This document shows, one piece after another, positions 38,349 to 47,634 of a DNA stretch of 47,634 nucleotides. The position numbers and the translations under genes were made by a program. The DNA is from Octopus bimaculoides (lineage: Eukaryota), in contig NC_068983.1 of the NCBI RefSeq assembly GCF_001194135.2, positions 77,500,451 to 77,548,084 on the forward strand. Direction: 5' to 3'. The notes beneath the pieces are model-generated. The model saw only the letters and a program-made list of their open reading frames with translations, was not told the origin of the DNA and made no database searches. Numbering within the stretch: position 1 is the stretch's first letter; each line of letters opens with the position of its first letter.

Positions 38349-39348
38349 CGAACCATGATAAAACGATGGCAAGAAAAGCCCCTACATGGTAAATACTGGG
38401 CTAAACTAAATGCGAAAGAAATAGACAGAGAAAAATCCCAGCAATGGCTGAGAAGCTCAGGACTAAAAGCAGAGACTGAAGGATTTTTAATTGCTGCACA
38501 AGACCAAAGCCTCCCCACCAGAAATTACCAAAAACACATAATGAAAAGAAATATAACAAGTAACCTTAGAATGTNNNNNNNNNNNNNNNNNNNNNNNNNN
38601 NNNNNNNNNNNNNNNNNNNNNNNNNNNNNNNNNNNNNNNNNNNNNNNNNNNNNNNNNNNNNNNNNNNNNNNNNNNNNNNNNNNNNNNNNNNNNNNNNNNN
38701 NNNNNNNNNNNNNNNNNNNNNNNNNNNNNNNNNNNNNNNNNNNNNNNNNNNNNNNNNNNNNNNNNNNNNNNNNNNNNNNNNNNNNNNNNNNNNNNNNNNN
38801 NNNNNNNNNNNNNNNNNNNNNNNNNNNNNNNNNNNNNNNNNNNNNNNNNNNNNNNNNNNNNNNNNNNNNNNNNNNNNNNNNNNNNNNNNNNNNNNNNNNN
38901 NNNNNNNNNNNNNNNNNNNNNNNNNNNNNNNNNNNNNNNNNNNNNNNNNNNNNNNNNNNNNNNNNNNNNNNNNNNNNNNNNNNNNNNNNNNNNNNNNNNN
39001 NNNNNNNNNNNNNNNNNNNNNNNNNNNNNNNNNNNNNNNNNNNNNNNNNNNNNNNNNNNNNNNNNNNNNNNNNNNNNNNNNNNNNNNNNNNNNNNNNNNN
39101 NNNNNNNNNNNNNNNNNNNNNNNNNNNNNNNNNNNNNNNNNNNNNNNNNNNNNNNNNNNNNNNNNNNNNNNNNNNNNNNNNNNNNNNNNNNNNNNNNNNN
39201 NNNNNNNNNNNNNNNNNNNNNNNNNNCAAAACACTTTCAATACAGTAAACATAAGAGCACCACAGCAAACCACAGCACATACCCAAGGCACACAGAGCTG
39301 CGCTCGGTAGTGAAGTGAAAGCACGTTTTAAAAATAAAACTACTGAAC
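38349..39348 (+). mobile_element. R4/Dong-clade LINE, 5'-truncated young copy spanning gap 38575-39226
   Basis: Uninterrupted RWQEKPLHGKYW...SQQWLRSSGLKAETEGFLIAAQDQSLPTRNY (R4/Dong KxLHG and AAQDQ motifs). The ORF ends KTLSIQ* after the gap, then a 3' UTR and (TAA)n. Confidence 0.9.
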
Positions 39349-39376
39349 AATAATAATAATAATAATAATAATAATG

Positions 39377-39449
<73 letters not shown>

Positions 39450-39454
39450 TGATG

Positions 39455-39529
<75 letters not shown>

Positions 39530-39640
39530 TCATCAGCAATAATGATGACGACGACGATGATGATGACCACGACGACGACGACGACGACGATGACCACGAC
39601 GACGACAACGATGACGACGATGATGATGATGATGATGATA
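39349..39640. repeat. (TAA)n grading into (TGA)/(GAC)n, 3' of the Dong insertion
   Basis: Direct reading. Confidence 0.95.
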
Positions 39641-39999
39641 AGGAATAATAAAACGAAGCGTAAACTCATTATAAATGTAGAAATGTCTGTAGAAATTTAG
39701 CAAATTTCTAGTGGTGAAATAAATGCTTCAAATATGAAAAGATAGACACGAAAGAAAATTTCTATGATAATATTAGGTTTCATCATGTCTAAAAATATAA
39801 GTAGTATACATTATTAGTTTCCTAGAAATATGATATCACATCAGAAAGAAAAAATGTTTTGTAACACTCACACAAATGCAGAAGCGAACAAAAAAGCATA
39901 AATATGCATATAACCATATAAACATGTATGTTTGCATGATTGATGTATAAGGTGACTACAAATATTGATGTGTCCAAATGTGTATGTGTATGTGAGTGC

Positions 40000-40062
<63 letters not shown>

Positions 40063-41782
40063 AGAAGTTGTATAGTCGAAATAACAAGTGAAGAAATGAA
40101 TCATTACTAACAAGTATTGTAAGATAATAAGTTATAAATATTTTTGTTCATGGCGAACACGGGTAAAAAGATGCACAGGCATATCCCTTGAAATTTAATT
40201 AACAAAAATTAATCTAACATATAAGGCAATGTGGATATATCTAAATGTGTGTGGTGGTAAATCGGATTTGCTTAACAAAGAGAACGAACATGTATATCTG
40301 TAGCATGAAAACAATAGTAAACTCTTTACAAAATATGTAACAGAACGGTTATTACTAATTAATAAACAATATTATTTCACAAGTGTGATTCGGAGGTACA
40401 TTGTGAGTATCCGAATTTCATGCCCTATTATATACTATTTCCCATATTGTGCATGTGATTGCCTTGATAATGTGTGTTTAATCATTTATGTCCATAATAC
40501 ATTATAACAGTTCCTGCACTGATAGCAGGAAATGAAAAATGAATTCTCTAACTGGAAACCTGTCCGAAACGCTTCCGACACGGTAAATATCCGAAAAGGC
40601 ACCTGGTGTTTCACGTGGCAGTGTGAAAGTAAATGAACTTTTACCATCACCACATAAAGCAATATTAAGGATACCGCGCATTATGGCCAATACCCAACTA
40701 TTTGATGAACCTCCCCAAAATTAAACCTGTTACATCCACAGGATAGGATGTGATAGGATATAATTCACATTATATATAATTGTGTGGAGAGGTCTATGTA
40801 TGTGTGTGTCCGTATGTTATGTGTAGGATTATAGCAATGCTAATGTCATACACTCAAAAGAATTATGAAGCGTTATGCGAAAACATTTAAAACCATAAAT
40901 TACAATCGGATGGCTCAAATTCAGTGTATCTAGAATGTTTGTTGTTTTCTAATTCTGGATAAATTGGAGGTATAATTTCTGTCATCCCAATACTAAGATC
41001 TGGCAGTGCCTTTCGCTATTATAATTTTATTTGAAGCTATTCTTATTAAGTAAACATATTTCGATTTAGCTGTTTTCTTTTATTTAAATATTGAGTTCTA
41101 GATAATACTTATTTCCTAATACTTAATCGAAGCTTAAGCATTCTGCTGGCGTAGGTACATATTTACTCTAGCCTATATAATTAAGTTTTATTTTATTTTA
41201 TTTTAACATTTATATCATTGTAATGTTTTCTTTTGTTTCATAATTTTATAATTGTTTCTGTGAGTTTCTTTCACCTTCGTAACTATTCTTTACCTTCTTA
41301 ACAATTAGAAAATGTTCTGTTCATAGTTACAACATCAGATATAAGATACTTTAAAAAGGCTTAGTATAATCACATAAGCATGCGATATCTATCAATCGTT
41401 CATAAATGGTAATTGAGGAAATGTTCTTGCTCTAAAATCCATCTTGGACGTTTTGATGAATTAATACCCTAGACGACAGTATTTTCCGTGAAGACATGGT
41501 ATTACAAACCAACCTGTGCATGTGTTTGGAAACTTTCACGTTCTCTACAAATAGCTTCACATTGTATTTATAGAATGCAACTTCAATACATTTTATACGA
41601 CATATTTTGTATATAATGTTAGTTTTTGTGGATCACTCTAGTATTTCATATTAAAGTTTTGATTCAAAAATAAAGTAATAATTCTGATATTACTCTGTAA
41701 TACATCATTCCGTGACATAGAAGAGCAATATACGATATGGGAATCGAAATGAAAACACGTATATATGTGGGTATGTGTATAC

Positions 41783-41851
<69 letters not shown>

Positions 41852-42059
41852 CATGCATACATACATCCACACATACAAATATATACATATATACACAAAC
41901 TCAGACTCTGAGGATGTAATTTCCTCTTAAGGTAATGTTAATAACAATCCAGATGCCAACTGGCTATATCAACTATATTGAAAGAAAGTTCCCCAATATA
42001 TATGTATAAACAATCTAATAAATTATAAATTATAAAGTTTATAAAAGAAAATGGAGAAA

Positions 42060-42430
42060 AAAATATATAATAGATACTTGGTTCATTTCATTTGTATCAG
42101 AATGGAAAAGAAATGCAAAGTAAAAGTAATACCTATAAGAATAAGGAGAAAAGGAACCGGATCAACAAAACAACCAAAAGTTATCCGATAAAGTCCTACA
42201 CATGTTTCAATCCGACACTATGTTTGAATTATCAACATTCGAACGAATATAAATGTGATAAATGATATATTGCCGGGTCTCTCTAGGGAAATGTAAGAAC
42301 ATTTTCCGGTCTTGAATTACGAAATAACTAATTTCTAAACACAGTTCACAAATTAGAACGCGGAGTTCATATGATTAGATATTAATCGTTGGAAATTTAT
42401 CTAATCTTCATCGTTGAAATATTGCTAAAA
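42060..42430 (-). mobile_element. Possible old PLE 3' fragment
   Basis: Minus strand SYELRVLICELCLEISYF resembles the PLE C-terminal Y...CxLCLxE motif, and a hammerhead-like remnant follows. Confidence 0.35.
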
Positions 42431-42753
42431 CATCAAATGCATTTGAAAAAAAAAATTATATGTATATAAAGTATTTATAAAAGTTTATGGCAAGAAGATG
42501 GGATAAAGACAAATGTAACTTTTTGTGAGGGGTGTAATATACAAAGCATTAGATTGAGAAATATAAATAAAGAAGGGATCAGAAGTTTGTTTATATTATA
42601 CGACAATAAGGGTTTTTAGAAGTAATACAGAGAAATGTTATGATATTGTTATTTTGAGGATTAAGTGGGTTAAGATATAATTTCCGGTGTTCTAGCAAAA
42701 ACAAATTCAGGTATGTAAAAATAATTGGTATATATAACGGTTTTTGTACTCAC

Positions 42754-43400
42754 CTAGGGGATGCGAGAGAAATTAAAAACCAGTATTCCCGTTTTTTATT
42801 TCCTTGAGTCAATATATGAATATCTAGCAATCTCCAATGTTAGAATGTCCAAAGTCAAATCACTCCGTTCCAGCATGATCTTGCGTAAATGTTTGAATCT
42901 CTCAAAATATATATGCTGATGTCATGACCTATTTCGATGAAGTTGGTCATATATGTGACTTGTGCATATCTATGTAAGAATGTGCAGGATTGCTAATATC
43001 ATAAGATATAGTGCTATGCACCTAGATATTACATAGATTATGAGCGAAATTTGATTTAGAAAACACTGCTTCTCAATAATCTTAATAAAATCCAAATCAA
43101 TAAACTCCTAAATAATATCTATATCAAAATTCTGTTTGTTCCTTCACTGACAGTTTGTTAGGGAGGAGAGAAAGAGGGAGTGAGAGATAGAGCGGGAGTG
43201 AGAGACGGAAAGGGAGTATGAAAGTGAAATAGGAGCAAGGGTGAATGAGCGGGATACCAGTTAGTCACTTCCACTAATCACGCTGTGAGTGAGATAGCAG
43301 AAAAACACTTTCGCCTACCTAGCTGTTACGCGGTGAAGAGAAGCAAAGAAATGTCGAGGATGTAAAGAGGGGAGTTACATTCTTAAAAAAGTTTGTTGAA
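42754..43400 (-). promoter_or_regulatory. Possible promoter / non-coding first exon of a minus-strand gene
   Basis: Non-repetitive, CpG-containing, CT-rich stretch on minus (43160-43400), and a consensus donor cccctag|GTgagt at 42753. No long ORF. Confidence 0.2.
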
Positions 43401-43776
43401 GTAAGAGGTAAAGAAGAAGAGAGAGAAATATAAAATGTTTAGCCGAGGGAAATTTTAAAATGATATAATATATTATGAAATAACTCAGTAAAATAAAAAG
43501 GAATATAATTTGTAAATAGTAATCGGTAATAGAATTGAAAGTAATCATTTAAATAAAAGTATTATGTTTTGTTATCTCTATATCGTTTTTTGAACATTCA
43601 TTGTACATGATGTAAAGTAATTATGATAAAATAATGCGTAATAAGGAATATGCAATTATATATTGATTAATCTTGCAGTTTCAACAGAAATACTAACGAA
43701 TGGTATGTATATTAACTATGGCATAGATTCCTATTGTATAGTTTTCTATTACCTATTGCATAGTCGATAATAAGAT

Positions 43777-44073
43777 TTATTTGAAATAAAAAGGCAAATC
43801 ATTCTCTCTTAAATAGCTCCGCTTAACTATTTTTCGTTCCGTAGATTGTACACGGATCCCGGTAGTAATTAATATAATATTAATTGTAGTTTTAGGTAGG
43901 TCATCCAGGTACGCTAGTTGACTCACAATAAGAACGACATTAACTGGTTCTATAATATCGCTAACATGCAAGTTTAGAGCTTTTCTCAATTCGACAGTGT
44001 CGATATCCTTTATATAATACCTTTTTTTATATAGTTCGCTATAATTGCTATTAACTACAATATAATTTATCAT
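43777..44073 (-). mobile_element. Decayed non-LTR RT fragment
   Basis: VSQLAYLDDLPK resembles RT domain 5 (ISHLxYxDDL). Confidence 0.3.
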
Positions 44074-44949
44074 AATTAAATGGATACAAGGATAACTTGT
44101 AGAAGAAGTCTATGCTTGTTAATAATTCCATCATGGGAAAAAAATCTAAAAGTAACAGGAGAGCTTCTTTCATCATAAGTATAGAGGCATAAAATAGCAC
44201 AGCTTTATACTATTGTGTATGATTATACGTGTCTGATGCTTTTGCTAAGAACGATATGACTATGCTTTAGCCTTTATAGAGAGTTCGCATAAGTGAACGC
44301 ATTAGTGATTGTTTGTTTTTGAATATCTAAGATGCGTCTTCTCCTTTGTAATTACTTCAGTTTCAACATAACATCTACTAAATCAATTGTCAGTTTTATA
44401 CAACATAAAAAAAGATGATGATCGTACTTAAGACATATGAAAGACGAGGAACGACATTCATGAATTTAACACTTTAGGCCTTGGAAATTACAAGCATTGA
44501 CCTATTTGCAGTGAATTTAACGCTAGATGATATAAGGCTTCCAAAAATCTAAATAGAATTATGCTGTCTAACTCAACCAGCATAAGAATCTCAGAATCAT
44601 CCCTATGAATATTTTTGGTTCGTATATCAACAGGAAAATATTCGATAAGACAACCACCTACTAAAATAATTCATTTTTGAAGAGCGATTTCAAACGAAAA
44701 CATAACTACTCCCTTTACTATCCTCAAGATGAAAAGAAACCTAGCACCTTATAGCATATGATTTACATGCCCACTTATAAGCAATGTAAAATCTTGCATA
44801 GGAAGATATAATCTAGCTCTTATAAGAGAACACTCTCATAAGAGCTACATACAAGGGAGCTTTACAAGGCACCGTGTCAAAATAAGCTCCACTTGGTTTT
44901 TGAACGCGAAAATGTACCACTCAGACAGACTAACAGATACACACAAAAT

Positions 44950-45149
44950 TTATTACTTTATTGCCCACAGGGGGTTAAACATAGAGGGGACAAACAAGAA
45001 CAAACAGAGGGGTTAAGTTGATTACATCGACCCCAGTGCGTAACGGGTACATATTTAATCGACCGAAAGGATGAAAGGTAAAGTCGACCACGGCGGAATT
45101 TGAACTCAGAACTTAAGTTCAAATCCTGCCGAGGTCGACTTTGCCTTTT
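44950..45149 (-). mobile_element. SINE family A with a fold-back duplicated 5' end
   Basis: Minus copy 44950-45110 is followed directly by a plus-strand repeat of the B-box segment (45116-45149). Confidence 0.85.
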
Positions 45150-46398
45150 AATATTATGCAGTTGAAGTACATAACAACTGGAAATACTATTGAAGGAGGA
45201 ACTAAGCATAATATTGCACATAAACCACAAATAGTTACGAGTTATAGGGTTTTTATTCAAATGTTATTAATCATACACTCATTTTTAGACATATAAGTAA
45301 AAGGAATTTATTTCAACTGGTGCCAGGAGTAAAAGCGTTGAACTATTGTATTAAATGGGACGTTATGGAAACATCCAAGGATTACAAAATAGGATACAAA
45401 ATTGTCCCAATTCCGAAAATACATATGCGTAACAAAAAGTATCGATATCTACCCTAACATAATGATAATACACACAGTGACTTGGCTGAAATATATATAT
45501 TGTATGTTTTTTTTCTTATTTATGGCTACATTTCTACAATTCAATAATTTATCTGAAACTGAACATATCTACTTTGAATTTATGTCAATGATCGAACACA
45601 AATAATCTTATATTTGTTAGAAAGTTTATTATTCTGCTTAAATTCAAGTAAGTCTCTAGAAAAGATTGCGTATCAATAAAGATGTGTGCGACTATTTTTT
45701 TGTCTGTAAAGCACCACTTTAGTTAAGTGCTCTATGAAAAATTAAGACAACACTCAGTTTTATTACATTAATAATACCTTATAAAAGATTTAGACATTTG
45801 AGCTGCTTGTATGATAAATGTATTCTATATAATACTTAAAAGTTTTTCAATGTAATACCAGTTATGTAGGTTGTAACTGATCTGATACGCACATATATAT
45901 TTGGGAGGTGGGTGTGTTTCTATATGTGTGTGTGTGAGTTTCTATAAGTGTGTGTGTGAGTGAGTGTGTGACTGTGTGTGTCTCCGTGTGTGAGTGTGTG
46001 TGTATGTATCCATGTATGAATATATGTATATCTGCACATACACTTACAAGGAGAGGGAGATAGAGCGATGCGTGTGTGAGCATGTGTAGATGTGTGCATA
46101 CATGTACATACACAGTTATGAAGATATTGTTGCGACGAATTTTCATGTAGGTGACTATTGAATTTAATTTTTTCCCACAGAATTCGAGTGCTTATAATCA
46201 GTTCATGCAGATAATTTATTTAAAAAATCATGTGAGCGCTATACATTTGTTTTATTATCAACGGCCATAACAGATACGATGTTTTGTTGTTTGGCTTCAA
46301 ATACGCAATAAAGATGTCTTGCTTTCATGTCTTTATACTTATAAACGTGTGTTCTTGCGAATGTGTGCGCATGTTGGGTGTACGAGCGTGTAGAGTTA

Positions 46399-46432
<34 letters not shown>

Positions 46433-46467
46433 ACATACTTATGTACATACGTATACATACATACATT

Positions 46468-46523
<56 letters not shown>

Positions 46524-46624
46524 CAAAATAAGCAACCGGATAATAAGTAGTGATGCAATGCGACCGTTTCAAGCCGCTCCATTTACTTGAACAATGCAAT
46601 CATTACATCAATTTAAATGCAGTG

Positions 46625-47420
46625 CCATCTTCAGCTGCACAAATACATACATAGAATTTTATCCAGTCGGACATAATATAATTGTTCTCAACTATTTTAA
46701 CAGAACAAGATGCAAGAGATTCTTGTTGTCGCTATTGTAACTAAGAATAGGCTACACTTCCAAGAATCGCATGATGCCTATTGGGGTTATACTATTGTAA
46801 ATGATTGTAGTGCATTTAGAATTCATTTACCTCGATATCAACTAGTAAATCTAAGACTGGAAGACTGTGTCTATTATGAATAAAGTAGACGAGTGAGTTG
46901 ACAGATCATCGCTAGGTATAGTCATAATATTGTCATATGTATTCCTTTTCGTCAGAGAGGAAAGAAGACATTAGGACTAGTCAACTGGAAATAAAGTAAC
47001 TGTCTATAAAAAGATGTTGGGCAGGGGAAGACTTTAAACCATGATGCTAATTATCAGTTAAAGGGGCAAGACGCTAAGAAACCTAAAATGTTAATACAGA
47101 AGAAATTTTATTTTGTGATACTATGGATGACTGTTTATAAACAATATCGCTTTATTGTATAAATGATAACATTTAAGATTCTCAAAAATATCATTTTAGA
47201 TTTAGTAGTTAATAAAGAGATAAATTAATTAGAAATTAATTGCAATCCATTACAACACTATGACCCCAATAGGCTTCATCCTATTCGGCGAAGTGTTGTC
47301 TATCTTTAGCTACAATAGTGACAACATGAATCTTCCTGCTCTGTTAAAATATTTGAGAAAAATTATATTAATGTATCCGACTGGTTAGAACTCTATTTAT
47401 TCATTTGTGCAGACAAATGG
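46625..47420. mobile_element. Fold-back / MITE-like element with about 180-bp imperfect terminal inverted repeats (46625-46807 and 47243-47420)
   Basis: ctgcacaaat...ccagtcggacataatataattgttctcaactattttaacag...ttgttgtcgctattgtaactaagaatagg...gcctattggggttata aligns with the reverse complement of the right arm at roughly 75 percent by eye. Confidence 0.75.
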
Positions 47421-47634
47421 TAAGAATTTGTTAAATCCGAAACCTGGTTCCTGTTTAATAATGATTTTTTTAGGTGATTTTAAATGTCTTGCCCGCTCAC
47501 GTTTTTGGTATGCTGCTATATTTCATGTTGAGAACTTTTTAGGTCTTAATAGACACAAAATGTGATCTATTTCTAGCGCATTAATTGTCCACGTTAGTGG
47601 TCGACGTTATTTTTTAAATATATATATATATATA

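Larger units (their letters stand above)
527..39226. other. Assembly gaps: 527-1137, 5504-5568, 10349-10460, 11525-11703, 17010-17321, 20873-20882, 25073-25502, 26120-27076, 27632-27969, 37233-37279, 38575-39226
   Basis: N-runs, most flanked by (TA)n, (CA)n or (GATA)n; they generate all the poly-X ORFs. Confidence 0.99.

Noticed and set aside
426-39324. Long ORFs full of X in the ORF track
   Set aside because: They only read through N-runs and flanking microsatellites.
39237-39700. Poly-I, poly-L and poly-T ORFs
   Set aside because: Translations of (TAA)/(TGA)/(GAC) repeats.
40502-40740. Slightly GC-richer stretch with 60-70 aa open frames on both strands
   Set aside because: No recognisable motif and no consistent pair of splice sites.
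1-47634. CRISPR arrays, operons or prokaryotic defence systems
   Set aside because: No repeat-spacer arrays or gene-dense coding sequence; the window is eukaryotic repeat-rich DNA.

Overview
Eukaryotic, very AT-rich, repeat-dense genomic DNA with 11 assembly gaps, most of them flanked by microsatellites. The tRNA-derived SINE families, RTE/CR1/R4-Dong LINEs and Penelope-like elements (PLEs) point to a coleoid cephalopod, most likely Octopus; this is inferred from recalled repeat families, not from a database search. There is no intact long gene, rRNA, true tRNA or CRISPR array. Almost all ORFs in the supplied track are artefacts of N-runs, microsatellites or decayed retroelements. Recognisable content: PLE reverse transcriptase (RT) and GIY-YIG endonuclease fragments, three or four R4/Dong LINE pieces (two sitting cleanly in TAA microsatellites), RTE and CR1 fragments, three SINE families, and a few small candidate exons of an unidentified gene, probably on the minus strand. 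The most interesting unannotated structures are (i) two copies of a minimal hammerhead-ribozyme-like motif whose consensus has an extra A/G pair at the base of stem II, (ii) a PLE endonuclease fragment wrapped in inverted terminal repeats that each carry a decayed hammerhead, and (iii) several other fold-back structures. I cannot support a wholly new biological system; these look like variants of known retroelement biology. Repeat boundaries are approximate and identities were estimated by eye.
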